Notes under the pieces: model-generated
Seen by the model: the letters and a program-made list of their open reading frames with translations, nothing else
What the model was told of the DNA's origin: nothing
The model's database searches: none
DNA from: a virus
Lineage: Duplodnaviria > Caudoviricetes
DNA: 64,000 bases
Strand: one strand, 5' to 3'
IMG/VR virus record: IMGVR_UViG_3300021400_001615
Coordinates: 64,001-128,000 of that record
Shown: in pieces, positions 9,074-21,413 of the stretch
Layout: each line of letters begins with the position of its first letter
How positions within the stretch are numbered: the stretch's first letter is position 1
Position numbers and translations under genes: made by a program

Positions 9074-10594
9074 ATGGCAAATTCAAAAACGGTGTCTGCG
9101 GCTACACCGAGTGGTGACGAAAAAAGAAAAATATTAAAGAAATATTCTGATGAGTATTTAATGAAACGTTTTGCAGATTCCGAGGAAGCATTTAAGCGTC
9201 TGAGGGATTTTACTAAAAATTCAACTAGAAATGTTGGTACGTTTGATAAAGAAGTATTACGTGGTTATTTTCAAAATATAATTAGTAATGAGGCAAGGTT
9301 GAGAAATCTTTCCTGGTATTTATTTTACAGGTCTCAGGTATATGCAAGGCTTGTATTATTCTTTAGTAACATGTTTGTTTTATATGCAAGATCTATTATT
9401 CCAAATTATGATTTAACTAAAGAAAATAACCCAAAAAAGGTTTTAAAATCTTTTCAGGAAACAGTCGATGAAGTTGATAAGATGAGACTACAGCATGAAT
9501 TCTATCCAATATTTGTAACTAATTTCATTCAAGATGTTAGTTATAATGTATGGATTGAAGATGATGACGGCGTTTTTTGTTTTCCGTGGCCAGCAGATTC
9601 CGCCAGGATAACGGGGAAATATAGTGAAACGGGTGAATTTGCATATGCTGTTGATGCTACATATCTTAGAAGTCATCAAGAGTTAATAGAATATTTCCCC
9701 GAACCTTTTGAGGAAATATATAGACAGTATGAATCAACTGGTGAAAAATGGCAGCCTATGCCAGAGGAATTTAGTTTATGTACTAAATATAGAAGCGAGG
9801 ATATTGAAACTTGTCTTGGGCCATTAATGCCTATGGCTAATAGTCTTATTAACTTACTGGATCTTGAAGATATTCAGGCGGTTGCTGCCGAGCAGGAAAT
9901 ATATAAATTGATTTGGTATGAACTGGAGACACTTGACGGTACTGATACGCCAGATGATTGGAAGATAGACCCCTCTCTTGCGGTTGATTATTTTAATAAA
10001 ATGGTAGATGAGGCAATTCCGCCGAATATGTCTGCTGCAATTGTTCCCGGAAAATTGAATGAAATATCTTTCCCCGACAGTGCTGCTTCTGACACAACAA
10101 AAGTTGCAAAAGCAACTGAAACCGTATTGAATACCGCCGGTGGTGCTGAAGTATTGAATGGTTCTACTATTAATAATACATATGCCTTTAAGCTTGCAAC
10201 GCAAGTTAATACGGAATATGCTATCTCTTCTCTTCTGCCACAGGTACAAAGCTGGGTTAATCACAGGCTAAAGCTGTTATTGAGCGATCCTTGTAAGGTT
10301 AAGTTCTTCCCGGTAAGTGTGTACACTCTTCCCGATTATAAGGAGCAACTACTTACTGCTGCTCAAAACGGGTTCCCGTCAATATTGGCTTATGGCGCTT
10401 GCAATGGATATTCGGAGAAAGATACTCTTGCCTTAAATAATCTTGAGGCCAATATACTTGGATTAACCAATATTTTCAAACCACTTTCCACATCATATAC
10501 TCAATCTACAAATGACGTTGGAAGACCCAAAACGCCCGATGATGAATTAACTGATTCTGGTGATAGAACCAGGGATACAGCCGCCCCGGAATGA
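9074..10594 (+). CDS. Portal protein (YonE-like)
   Basis: About 506 aa between TerL and protease; LRNLSWYLFYRSQVYARLV, C-terminal PLSTSYTQS...VGRPK; no TAG. Confidence 0.8.
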   Translation: MANSKTVSAATPSGDEKRKILKKYSDEYLMKRFADSEEAFKRLRDFTKNSTRNVGTFDKEVLRGYFQNIISNEARLRNLSWYLFYRSQVYARLVLFFSNMFVLYARSIIPNYDLTKENNPKKVLKSFQETVDEVDKMRLQHEFYPIFVTNFIQDVSYNVWIEDDDGVFCFPWPADSARITGKYSETGEFAYAVDATYLRSHQELIEYFPEPFEEIYRQYESTGEKWQPMPEEFSLCTKYRSEDIETCLGPLMPMANSLINLLDLEDIQAVAAEQEIYKLIWYELETLDGTDTPDDWKIDPSLAVDYFNKMVDEAIPPNMSAAIVPGKLNEISFPDSAASDTTKVAKATETVLNTAGGAEVLNGSTINNTYAFKLATQVNTEYAISSLLPQVQSWVNHRLKLLLSDPCKVKFFPVSVYTLPDYKEQLLTAAQNGFPSILAYGACNGYSEKDTLALNNLEANILGLTNIFKPLSTSYTQSTNDVGRPKTPDDELTDSGDRTRDTAAPE

Positions 10595-10607
10595 TAGAGG
10601 TGAGAAA

Positions 10608-10784
10608 GTGAAGAATAAATTTATTAAAACAACAGATAAGGATACCGCAGATATTCTCCGAGAAGCTGGCTTTATTGAAGTTGGTAAAGAGGGGAATAAA
10701 TGGGTTTTTATTAATAATGATAAAATACAATTTTCAATGGATGAAATGAAGGATGTTCATATTACTGACATCCTTCATTTTTAA
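10608..10784 (+). CDS. Small hypothetical protein
   Basis: GTG start after GAGGTG; KFIKTTDKDTADILREAGF. Confidence 0.6.
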   Translation: MKNKFIKTTDKDTADILREAGFIEVGKEGNKWVFINNDKIQFSMDEMKDVHITDILHF

Positions 10785-10833
10785 TTAGTCTCCTCTCGGA
10801 GAAATTTTGAAGAAAGGAGGAATATAAAGAAAA

Positions 10834-12492
10834 ATGCATAAAAAGTTATTGACGATTGATGATCTTGTAAAATTCTGCGACTAGAACAATTTTGCAAAAT
10901 TTAGTTCTAAGGAATCTGGTTATCAAATTTGCATATAGACACCGGCAAAATTTGAAATGAGTAGCTCTGATGATCCAACTATGTTTTATGGAAATGTCTT
11001 AGTAATGCATTCTGGTAATAACAGGAATGGATCCTCTTTGACTGAAGATGCGGCGAAGAAGGCAATCAAAAATCTTGCTTATAAACCGGTATTGGCTAAT
11101 TTTTGCGAAATTGATGGTGTAAAGGATTTTACTAGTCATGATTTTGATATAGACGAGAATGGCGAATATGTTTATTACGAAAAGCAAATTGGCTGTTTTA
11201 CTGCTGATAAGGCTTATATGGAACAGGATAGTAATCATAGCGACCGTATGAATGTATTTGCAAAGGTTGCCATTCCCCGTGAATATACAGATGCAGCCGA
11301 AATAATTGAGAGAAAAAACGGCACAAAGGTATCTGTTGAGCTTGCCGTTAATGAACTATCTTATTCTGCTAAAGATCACGTTCTTTTACTTGAAGACGTT
11401 GATGTAATGGGTCTTACTTGTCTTGGAGTTAATCCAGACACCGGGGATCCCGTAAACGAGGGAATGGAGGGCGCTCATATCCAGATTGAGGATTTTAGTG
11501 CCGAAAATAATTCTCTTGTTTTTAATGCAGAGATTATTAATTCGATTGCTGATGCTGTTGCAAAACGGCTTAGTGATAAAAACGATAACCAAAGAAAGGA
11601 GGACGAAACAGTGGATTTCGAAGAAAAAAACGAAGAAGTTGTTGAAGAAACAGAGGTAATGTCTGAAGAAGTTGAAACCACTGAAGAGGAAGTTCGTGAG
11701 GTTGATACCGAGACATCTGAAGAGGTTGTTGATGATACTACTGAAGAAGTCGCTGATGAAACTCCTGAAGTGGTTGATAGTTTTGCCGATGATGATCCGG
11801 TCGATAATACGGATGATAATACGGATGAAAACACGGATGATAATACGGATGACGAAGAAGTTGTAATTGATGATGACACTTTACCGCCAACATATAAAAA
11901 GGTTGTTAATGGTATGGAGTTTGAATTATCTCTTTCCGACATTCAGAATGCTATGTATGATCTTGTCAATTCTACATATGCTGAATCTGATAACGATTAT
12001 TATGTGTGTGAAATTTATCAGGATTCTAAAAGCGTTGTAATGATTGGAATGTGGTCTGGTAAGGCATTCAAACAAAACTACAAAGTCCGCAATGATGTTT
12101 ATAGTCTTGTTGGTGACAGGGTTCCTGTAAGGGCTTCCTGGCTAACTGCCGACGAAGAGGCAGAACTTGACAGAATGAGAAGCAACTACTCTTCTGTCGT
12201 TGATAAGCTGGCTAAGTATGAATCCGAACCACAGAAAATGGACATTTTAAATTCCGATGACTATTCTCAGGTTGCAAACAGTAATGAGTTTATTGCACTT
12301 AAAGATGTTGATAAACATTTTGATATGACAATTGATGAGGTGCGTAGTGCAGCCGACAGTATTCTTCTTTCATATGCAAAAGGCAATAAGATTGATTTTG
12401 CTGAAAATGAAAAGAAACGTGATGGCGGCCTGAAACTGTTTGCTTCTAAGGATAAAAAGAAACCCGGTAGATACGGCAATTTATTTAAATGA
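10834..12492 (+). CDS. Prohead protease/scaffold (YonD-like), TAG at codons 17 and 35
   Basis: RBS AAAGGAGG; TAG at 10882 and 10936; MHSGNNRNGS and KVSVEL protease-like motifs; acidic scaffold-like C-terminal half. Confidence 0.8.
11803..11850 (+). repeat. 12-nt tandem repeat x4 (DNTD) in scaffold linker
   Basis: GATAATACGGAT GATAATACGGAT GAAAACACGGAT GATAATACGGAT. Confidence 0.9.
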
Positions 12493-12555
12493 TATTAATT
12501 GACGCTTGAGATTTGTGTTATAAATCAATAATTACAAGAAAGGAGAATAAGTATT

Positions 12556-13035
12556 ATGGCTTATGGAAAAATTAATATGACAAAGCATGCCATTTGTTTC
12601 CCGTCTAAAGTTCTTGCTGGAAACATGGGCGCTCATATTTTTAACGTAACACTTTCCACGGCTGCTGATAATGGCAACATTATTGGTCGTGGTGCATGGA
12701 ATTCTTTTGACAATTATGCAGAGGCTGCTTGCCCGAACGGATTTGCCGCAAAGATTGTTGATAAAGCTGCGAACGGACATTGGTATGTAGAGGTTACCGC
12801 TGTTCCTAGCACTGGCGAAGCTTTACTTGTTTACAATTCGCCGATTATCCCTTACGAATCTCCTCGTGAGCTTGCTGATCTTTCCAACTTCTGGAATGAC
12901 AAAGATGAGGTAGTAAAGGCTTATACTCTTACTGTCGGTGATATCTTTGAAGTATCCGATGAAGCGTTTACTGGTACGCCAGTAAAAGGTAAAGCTCTTA
13001 CTGTTGCTAGTAAAAAGCTTGTTGTTGGTGCTTAA
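12556..13035 (+). CDS. Head decoration/accessory capsid protein (YonC-like)
   Basis: Between scaffold and capsid; DNGNIIG, LTVGDIFEVSDEAF. Confidence 0.65.
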   Translation: MAYGKINMTKHAICFPSKVLAGNMGAHIFNVTLSTAADNGNIIGRGAWNSFDNYAEAACPNGFAAKIVDKAANGHWYVEVTAVPSTGEALLVYNSPIIPYESPRELADLSNFWNDKDEVVKAYTLTVGDIFEVSDEAFTGTPVKGKALTVASKKLVVGA

Positions 13036-13060
13036 TTTTTGAAGAAAGGAGGGAAATGAT

Positions 13061-14188
13061 ATGAAGAAATTTAATTTTTCTACGCATGTTAATAATGTGT
13101 TTTCTGAAATGGAAACCAATTATGATGAAGTAAGAAATCTGATGTTTGATCTTGCCATGGGAAATGAGATTTTTGATGGTGATCGTGTAGTGCCGAAGGC
13201 AGAGGCCGAAGCAAAGCTGCGTACTGTTTGCTAGAAAATCTTTGGGGTAACCGCCGATTCTTCTAAGCGTGAGCTTAAGAGAGCGTATAGAGAGCATGGC
13301 CGCGAATTCTTCGACATCATTGAAGAGGTTGTTGATGTGGTTATTAATAACGGCCTTAAGGACAATGAGTTCTTCAATCAATTTGTGGACTATAGAAATC
13401 TTGCCCTTGGTGATGCTTATGAGTTTTATAGTGAAGACGACGTAATTCTGTCTATTGCTGAAGTTGGTGTATCTCATCATGATTACATCCTTCAGAGACT
13501 TGGTAAGGGTCAGACAACGACCATTCCGTACAAGAGATATGGTGCTGCTGTTGGTGCTGATATCAACATGTACATGATCGGTCGTGAGGATTGGACGACA
13601 CTTTGTAATGCGATTGCTAAGGCTTTTGCAATTCAGATTCAGCAGGAAATCTATGGCGAAATGCTTTCTGCCGCCAATGCAATTCCGGCTGCTATTAGAA
13701 ATGGTTTTGTTGGCAGTGGCGCTCTGAGTTCTACAACCAAGGACGATTTCGACAAGATTATTGAAAATGTTGAGACGGCTAATGAGTCTTCTGTTGTTAT
13801 TCTTGGAACAAAGACTGCCCTTAAGAAACTGAATGCACTGTCTGATGTCAACTGGAGAGCGCAGTCTCTTAAAGAGGATGTTTCTCACAGTGGACGTATG
13901 GGAGATTATGAGGGTACTGTTCTTATGGAGCTTCCTCAGAGATTCACCAGCAAGACTGATCTTACACCGCTCATTGATAACACTAAACTGTGGATTCTTC
14001 CTGCCAGCCAGACTGATAAGTTCATTAAGATGGTAGATGTCGGGGAAACCGAAATCGATGAAATCACCGAGAAGGGTGAGGAGCATGGTCGTTGGGATGA
14101 TATCATGAAGTACGAAGTACAGCGTTCTTATGGTATTGCTACAATGCTTGGACGTTACTTCGGACAGTGGACTCTGCCCACAGCGTAA
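13061..14188 (+). CDS. Major capsid protein (YonB-like), 375 aa, single TAG at codon 58
   Basis: RBS AAAGGAGG; TAG 13232 in frame; FNQFVDYRNLALGD, HHDYILQRL, VILGTKTAL; position in head module. Confidence 0.85.
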
Positions 14189-14224
14189 TTGTTAATTATA
14201 TAAGGAATAAAAGGAGAAATAATA

Positions 14225-14812
14225 ATGGCTACAACAACTACTAGAAAAAAGACAACTACAAAAACGGCTGCTCCGAAAACCGAGACACAGAAAACTGTGC
14301 CTAGTCAGGACAGTGTAGATAAAGTTGTCAAAGAAGAGCCGAAGAAAGAAAAGAGGGTTTTTAGTCCAGACGATGGCGTTGTTTGTCGTTCTGTCACCCA
14401 GGGTGGACTTTATATGGAGGGACCAAAGACTAAAATGCACTATGAATGGGTTCAGTATGGTGATGTGACCGAGGTCGAATATGCAGACCTTGCCGCTCTT
14501 GTACGTGTAAAATCCCAATATGTATTTGGTCCATGGTTTATGATAGATGATGATGATTTTGTTGAAGAATTTCAGCAGTTAAAGAAGTTCTATACTGATA
14601 ATTATTCTTTGAGTGATCTTGAAAAGATTTTAACATATCCGGTTGATGATATGATGAATGAAATTAGATCTCTTCCAAAGACGGCCATTGAATCTATTAA
14701 AGTATTAGCCGCTTCTTCTATAACGGATGGCGACCTTGACAGTGTGGCAAAAATTAAAGCTCTCGACGATTTCTTTGGCACGAAACTTAGTATTCTTGCT
14801 GAATTTAAGTAA
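14225..14812 (+). CDS. Post-capsid hypothetical protein (YonA-like)
   Basis: 195 aa with RBS; synteny. Confidence 0.7.
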   Translation: MATTTTRKKTTTKTAAPKTETQKTVPSQDSVDKVVKEEPKKEKRVFSPDDGVVCRSVTQGGLYMEGPKTKMHYEWVQYGDVTEVEYADLAALVRVKSQYVFGPWFMIDDDDFVEEFQQLKKFYTDNYSLSDLEKILTYPVDDMMNEIRSLPKTAIESIKVLAASSITDGDLDSVAKIKALDDFFGTKLSILAEFK

Positions 14813-14830
14813 TTACACGGAGGTGATTAA

Positions 14831-15289
14831 ATGACCTCTGAATATGAAGATATCTATTCTCGTTTTTATGAACGAGTTGAAGATTATAATATTGTTGGAT
14901 TGAAAGAAAGATTAGTTAAATAGATGATGAATGGATGGATAAGATCAACGTTATCAAAGCCGTATATTAGGCGGCTTTTTGATACGTTGACTATAGATGA
15001 AGATTTGGAAGAATTAGATTATGAAATGAAATTACCGACTACGGATGATGCTGATCAAGATTTTGTAGAGGAAATGATTGCGTTGGGTATGGTCGTAGAA
15101 TGGGTAAAACCAAAATATTTTACGACGCTAAATACTTCTCAGCTATTTACAAATAGTGAACAGAAGTTTTATAGCCAAGCTAATCATATGTCTGAGCTAA
15201 AGGACATGTATCACAGAGCAAAGAATGATCTTCGTAAACACATCCGTGATCGTGGATACATTAATAATACCTATCTGGTCACAACATGA
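14831..15289 (+). CDS. Putative head-tail adaptor, TAG at codon 31
   Basis: RBS GGAGGTG; TAG 14921 in frame; EMIALGMVVEW, KFYSQANH. Confidence 0.7.
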
Positions 15290-15618
15290 AAACCAGGTAT
15301 GGCTATTATTCTTCCAATTAGATTAAATCAATTAAGTATCTCATTCGTAAATCCATATTTTTCTTACTTCTTTATGTTGATCCACAAACGAAAGACGAAT
15401 ATCCAAATATTAATGTTGGAGATGCCTTTCGTAGCTTATAGTACAGGCTTTCTGGTTTAAACAGTATATTAAACGAGCCTGTGGAAATTGTTGAAACAAT
15501 GATTTTGTTAGAATCTGCACTTGCAGAATACGAGAGTGAATGTTTTGATTGGTTGAAATACAGAAAGCTCATCCTCGACGCTGGGGCAAAGATAATGCAG
15601 ATAAAGGAGTGTGATTAA
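15286..15618 (+). CDS. Hypothetical neck-region protein, 2 TAG
   Basis: ATGA overlap with upstream gene; TAG at 15319 and 15439; ends TAA. Confidence 0.7.
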
Positions 15619-15619
15619 T

Positions 15620-18600
15620 ATGGCACTTTCTTTTAGAGATTTTAAAAATATGCATGGTATTAGTACTCCCGGAAGAGCAAGAAAAATGTAGAGTGATGTG
15701 ATTATGTTGAATACATGGTGGCAAGATATATAGGCGTAGAATGCTTATATTTATGATTATTACCATGATCAGCTATCTGACGAAGCCCGTCAGTTAAATG
15801 ATCTTCATCCATAGGATGATCCTTATAAAACAGTATTGCCAATTAAGTTTATTCGACATGCTAAATAGACATATGATAAAGACCAGGTAACTTTTTGGTT
15901 ACAAATGTAGCCGGGGCAAGAATGTAATTTAGATTATTATAATGAAATGTTTCGTGATCGTTATGATGCATTATTCCCTATTGGCCTTTTCGTGGATATA
16001 ATGCATGAAGATGGAACATATAATAAATGGCTTATTGTTGATAAGGCTAATTATAATGGGAATCAGTTTCCCACTTTTGAAATATTAAGATGTGATTTTG
16101 TAGCACAGTGGATTTATAACGGACACAAATATTAGTGTCCCGCCGTTTTAAGAAGTCAGAATTCGTAGATTGTGCGCTTCATAAAGGAAACTTTATGTCG
16201 AAAGTTCTCTAATTGCGGGAAACCCCTTAGAGCCAACATGCTAAAGCGGAAGAATGAAATAGGTCTAAACGTAAAAGCTATAAAAAGTTGTTGGATTGGG
16301 CAACCAACGCAGCGAAGTCCTGAACAGGGATGTGTTCAACGAGCAAAGTAAGACAAGTGTCTGAAAACGGGAACCACCTAAATCTATAAAGACATGGTGT
16401 TGATATGCTCTAACCTTATATGAAAATATAAGAAAATTATTTTATATGTTTGATAAGTGTTGCGATTATTATAATATATATAATTTTTCTACTGATTAAC
16501 GACCAGTAGATCATTTCCTGATAATTCTGGCCTCTGGTTGGACTTTAAAATTTAGAGCGTAGAGGATAAAAGCTTGTCCCTTATATCAGTAATGATATAA
16601 GAAAACTCCTTGAATTGCTGGAAATCCCTTAGAGCCGATATACCACAACATGACGTTGCGATTACGTGAGTGTGATGGTTAAAAAACATATTGGATTGGG
16701 TAATCAGCAGCCAAGCCCTGATGAGGGGAAGGTTCAACGACTATGTGACGCAAGTGCGTTCTGCGAGGAGGATCTCTTGGAGATTATGATATAGTCTGAA
16801 CTTTATGCGAAAGCATAAGAAAAATTGTTTATGTCGATTTGATAAAAGGATAGGACAGCGGGTTGCAAACCGTTTTATATTACCATAATAGTATAATTAC
16901 TATCTTTTTATATATATATATTACTTTTATGGAGGTAATTTATGGGTAAAAAATTGGTATTATCTACAGAAGAAAAAGAACTTATTGTATCAATGTATAA
17001 AAATGGAAGTAAGTTATCTGATATAGAAAATGCGATAGGTCATTGCGACAAATACATTTATGAAACATTAAATGAGTATGGCATTGAAAAAAATAGAAAA
17101 ACAAAACCAATTTCTTCGGAACAGCTTCAATTAATAATTGATTGTCATAGAGATGGTTTATCATATGAACAAATATCAGAGAAATTAGATAATTATATCT
17201 CATCTACTAGGGTATATGAGATATTAAAAGAAAATGGGGAAACTAACTCATTCTCAATTGATAAAGTTAATTCCATTATAGATTTTCAAAGTAAAGATAA
17301 TCATAGAAAATATTATTTTGATGAACATCTGCTTGATGTTGTTAACACTCCGGATAAGGCGTATTGTATTGGTTTGTTTATGGCAGACGGGTGCAATCAG
17401 TTAGATAAAAGTTATTTTTCTATTGTGTTACAAGCAAGAGATAGAGATATTCTCGACAAAATTAGCATAATGTTCTAGTCTGATTACCCGTTACATTTTC
17501 GTGATTCATCTAAATATGATTATATGGCGCAAGATGTATATACTATTCGTTGGAATTCAAAATATTTTTGTAAGAAATTAAATGAACTGGGAATTGTACC
17601 GAATAAGAGTCTTATATTAGAGTTTCCATACTGGTTGGATAGACATTTGATTCCATATTTGATTAAAGGCTACATAGATGGGGATGGATGGATAAATACA
17701 AATCAAATTGGATTTATGAGTACAGAAAAGTTTTGTATTGGTGTACAAGAATATTTAAATTCAATAGGTATATCTTCGTATATAATGGATATGAAAAGAC
17801 ATTATAGCAACCAGACAAAAGAGTTGCTTATAAGTGGCAGAAACAATATATGGCCATTAGCCAGAATAATGTTTTCACATGGAAATCTATACTTAAACCG
17901 AAAATATCAAAAATATATTGATTATAAGTTTATTGATATAAACAATTCTTTATTGAATTAACGACTCAATAGAGTAACATATTTGTAGCAGAAATTTGCT
18001 GTCCCGATGAACCGTGATACAGAAACACTATTTTATAATATTCGTATGATCATAGATTCTAAAGTAGAGACCGAGAAACGTGCATGGCTCATTTCAAAGG
18101 TAAATCGTATATCACCGAATGGTATATGTCGTGTCACATTAACTCAGGATACATATGATCAACATACTGATTATATAGAAAAAGATGAAGACGGTAATAT
18201 TATTGGAATGTGGGCAAATTACTTTAAGAGTAATGTAGAACCAACGCCGGTGGAAATTCAGGATGATACAGTACCACACTACTCTTCCATCACATCTAAA
18301 ATTACTTGCTCTGGCAAACCGCAATTTAAAATTGGTGGCTCAGCTAAAACATTCACAGTTACCTATTACGATTCTAATAATGAAGAACTATATGACCATA
18401 GCGTTGGCAATTGGTCGTTAACTATTGATAACGAATTGGTTGCGTCAGATGTCGTTTCTATTGAAGAAGTTGCTGATTCTTCAAATAAGATTAAGATTAA
18501 ATTTCTTGGTGACGATTCGTATATAGGCAAAGTATTAACTATAACTAATACTTCGGATGATGTAGTTTCATCTCTTGAAGTTGAAATTATTGCACTTTGA
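15620..18600 (+). CDS. Neck/head-closure-region protein, 3 exons (15620-16166, 16521-16567, 17986-18600), 402 aa, 9 TAG
   Basis: Exon lengths sum to 1209 nt (multiple of 3); spliced junctions read RSQNS/YNSGLWLDFKIQSVED/QQKFAVPMNRDTE; function from position only. Confidence 0.75.
16167..16520 (+). ncRNA. Group I intron (ORF-less)
   Basis: Exon ends U, intron ends G; AATTGCGGGAA, CGCAGCGAAG, GTTCAACGAGCA / GATATGCTCT (compensatory P7); IGS ATTGT-GCG pairs both exons. Confidence 0.88.
16568..17985 (+). mobile_element. Group I intron carrying LAGLIDADG homing endonuclease
   Basis: AATTGCTGGAA, AATCAGCAGCCAAG, GTTCAACGACTA, GATATAGTCT; P1 GGAT/GTCC; 3' site could alternatively be G17988. Confidence 0.9.
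16942..17961 (+). CDS. Intron-encoded double-motif LAGLIDADG endonuclease with N-terminal HTH-like region, 339 aa, 1 TAG
   Basis: AYCIGLFMADG and LIKGYIDGDG joined in frame across TAG 17476; RBS GGAGGT. Confidence 0.88.
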
Positions 18601-18615
18601 TTGGGGGTATGAATT

Positions 18616-19188
18616 ATGGAACTAACTTAGGATCAGATTCAAACCCTCCGTGATTTAAAAAAAAGGGTGGATTCTGATGACATCCATTATAAAGAAATTA
18701 TCAAACGTAATCTCATAAATAACGATTTAATCATTTATTTGTTAAATAATAAAGATCTTGAGAATATCGGGGCAGATCCGAGCGACTATCTCGGTGTTAA
18801 TATATTACCTTATTATTTAATCCATCCGACGCAACATAACGTTTAGAATTTTATATGTTATGATGTTGGATTTCGTGAGCTTGAACGCTATAATTCTAAA
18901 ATTAAGTTTTTACAAATAACTTTTAACATTTTGTGTGAGGAAAAAAATAATATTGAGAAAAAAACTGGTATAGCGAGACATGATTTAATTGGTGCTTTGA
19001 TATTGGATATATTCAATTGGAGTAACTTATTTGGTGAGCAAATTCATTGTGTGTCTGATGTGCCTGGAGTTACAGATAATGATTATTCTACTCGCACTAT
19101 TATATTTGAACAACGTACAGATAATAATTTAGCAAAAACTCGAAATGGTACGCCAATAATTATACCGAGGACTATTGATGCCTCGTAA
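18616..19188 (+). CDS. Putative tail completion/terminator protein, 2 TAG
   Basis: TAG at 18628 and 18844 in frame; GIARHDLIGALI..IFNWS; position. Confidence 0.65.
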
Positions 19189-19963
19189 TCCTAAAATTGA
19201 GTTTGATTTGTTACAAATGTATTTTGGGGAGCCGTATGTAATTGATTTGCCAGATGCACTTGGAAAGGTTACTGTATACTCCCCCACTATTGGTGACATT
19301 ATCGAGATTGGTGAGAAAAATTTTTATAAAACGTTAAATATTTTTATTTGTAATACTACTCAGTACCGTGTTGTTTTATGGGATCTTGGAATTGATTGGA
19401 ATACATATAGTGATTTCGAACTGTTCATAAATTTATTACCGGAGGCTGATCCAACTGCTTCCAAATTATTATTTGGCGATTTAGATTTTAGTAAGTTTGT
19501 TCCGATTTGGCGGAAGAAAACTATAGACGATGATCCTGAACTTGTACTTTGGGATGAAGAAGATGAAGTAGAAATTAATTATAATGTCTACAATCATTTT
19601 GCTTAGTATATAAGAACTATGTTTAATACTTTTCCAGAAGAAAAGATTACATAGGATAACACCTTAAAAAGCTGGTATATTACGAAAGATAAACGGGCTA
19701 TAGAAAATAAGAAAAAGCTTGCCGAAAAGGGCAAAGATGAATCATATAGTATTCAAACTCTTATTTCTTCATGTATTAATCATCCAGGTTTTAAGTATGG
19801 ACTGAAAGATTTAAAAAAGGTTGGTGTTGCTGAATTTTATGATTCTGTTAAGCGCCTTCAGGTTTATGAACAAAGTACGGCATTGATGAAAGGTATGTAT
19901 TCTGGTTTTATTGACGGTTCTAAAATTAAGCCAACGGATTATAATTTTATGAGAGAAATTTGA
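19178..19963 (+). CDS. Conserved pre-tail-tube protein (YomV-like), 2 TAG
   Basis: PTIGDIIEIGE ... LISSCINHPGFKY ... EFYDSVKRLQ ... GMYSGF in a single frame ending TGA. Confidence 0.75.
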
Positions 19964-20064
19964 TAATAATTATTGTTGTATATTCATATTTTTAGTATAA
20001 AAAATTGAGTCGGCGAATTCCTGCTCTTTTATTTTATAAATTTTCAAGAAAGGAGATTATTACT

Positions 20065-21347
20065 ATGGCTTTTAAACTTGGTAATCATTATATTGACGAA
20101 ATTCTTTATGGCGTAGCTGAGAAAAATGGCAACATTGAGTACGCTCTTGACTAGCTGAGTTCTGCTTCTATCGAGATCAGTGCCGAATCTACGGATATCA
20201 CTGATAAGAAGGGGAATATCATCCGTACAACATATCGTTCGAAGACTGGTACATTTACTGCGACGAACGCTCTGCTTCATCCTGCGGCTATTAATGCTCA
20301 GTCTGGTAGCCCGATTAAATACGCATCTGCTGGTGAGGGCGGCGCTATTGTAATGCCTAAGATCATGGTTGCTGCTGCTGGCGAGGAAGTCACCATTGGT
20401 GAATATACTCAGGGTAGCGTTCGTGTAATTGGTCTGTTTGGTAATGGCGCTAATGATGTTGCGCTTGATGCTGAGGCCGTTGCTGCTGCTATTACTGGTA
20501 CTGGTGCAAACACCAAACTTCAGCTTCCGAAGACCGATGGTGGCCCCACTCAGTATCTTGTTAAGTTCGAAAGAAGCGTCACCTCTGGTGCTATGCTTCA
20601 GAATACTACTGCTGTAAGCTCCGATCTGGTTAAGCTTACCCTGTTCTGTGCAATGGGCGATCCTTGTGAAGATTCTCTTCGTCCTTGCTATGTAGTAATT
20701 CCGAGATTTGCTGCCGATCCTTCCATGACCATCTCTCTTGATGCTGAGACTCAGGAAGTTGACTTCAGCGGTAACCTCAACGTGGATTATTGCGCAGGAA
20801 CTTCCAGTTTATATTACATTTATCAATATATTTGCATTTTTAATCGTTGTTTTCAGACAATTGATTAACAATACGGATGGTAAGCATATAGGGAAACTTG
20901 TATGTAATAGTGATTTTCACTGAATTAAGAAACTGAATTGCTGGGACATCCTAAAGACAATAGAACTACAACATAATGATGAAATATGCATAAGTGTGAA
21001 TGTTGCGAAAGCGGAAAAAATCTATTGTATGACATATGGTTAAATCCTAAGTGTTGTTAAAAATGGATAATCAGCAGCCAAGCTTTGAATAGAAGAAGGT
21101 TCAACGACTATCCCTCTTGAGGGGAGTAGGTCATAAGCGTTTGATGACCGAAGTGGTTTCGCCTAACCCGCAGCAATGCGGTATGGATAAGATATAGTCT
21201 GTGCTTACATGAAAATGTAAGAAGTTCTTTGGAGAACTGTATGAAGAGTAGCGTCTTCGTATGAACATATATTTAAAATAAGAAATTATTTTAAATTATA
21301 AGTATCCCGATGAAGATCTTGTTATTAGTGGCACCTCTGTTGCCTAA
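20065..21347 (+). CDS. Major tail tube protein, 2 exons (20065-~20820, 21303-21347), TAG at codon 30
   Basis: RBS AAAGGAG; LD*LSSASIEISAES; spliced end LYYI(Y)/YPDEDLVISGTSVA*; position. Confidence 0.75.
20821..21302 (+). ncRNA. Group I intron (ORF-less); 5' site uncertain by 3 nt
   Basis: AATTGCTGGGA, AATCAGCAGCCAAG, GTTCAACGACTA, AAGATATAGTCT; ends AAG before TAT CCC GAT. Confidence 0.85.
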
Positions 21348-21379
21348 TTTAACAAAACGATTTTTAGAAGATAATTTTA

Positions 21380-21413
21380 GCGCTCCACAACATTTAAATT
21401 GTGGGGCGCATTT
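21380..21413 (+). terminator. Stem-loop after tail tube gene
   Basis: GCGCTCCACAA-catttaaa-TTGTGGGGCGC then ATTT. Confidence 0.55.

Noticed and set aside
11803-11850. CRISPR-like array
   Set aside because: Spacer-less 12-nt coding repeat; no repeat-spacer array or cas gene seen in the window.
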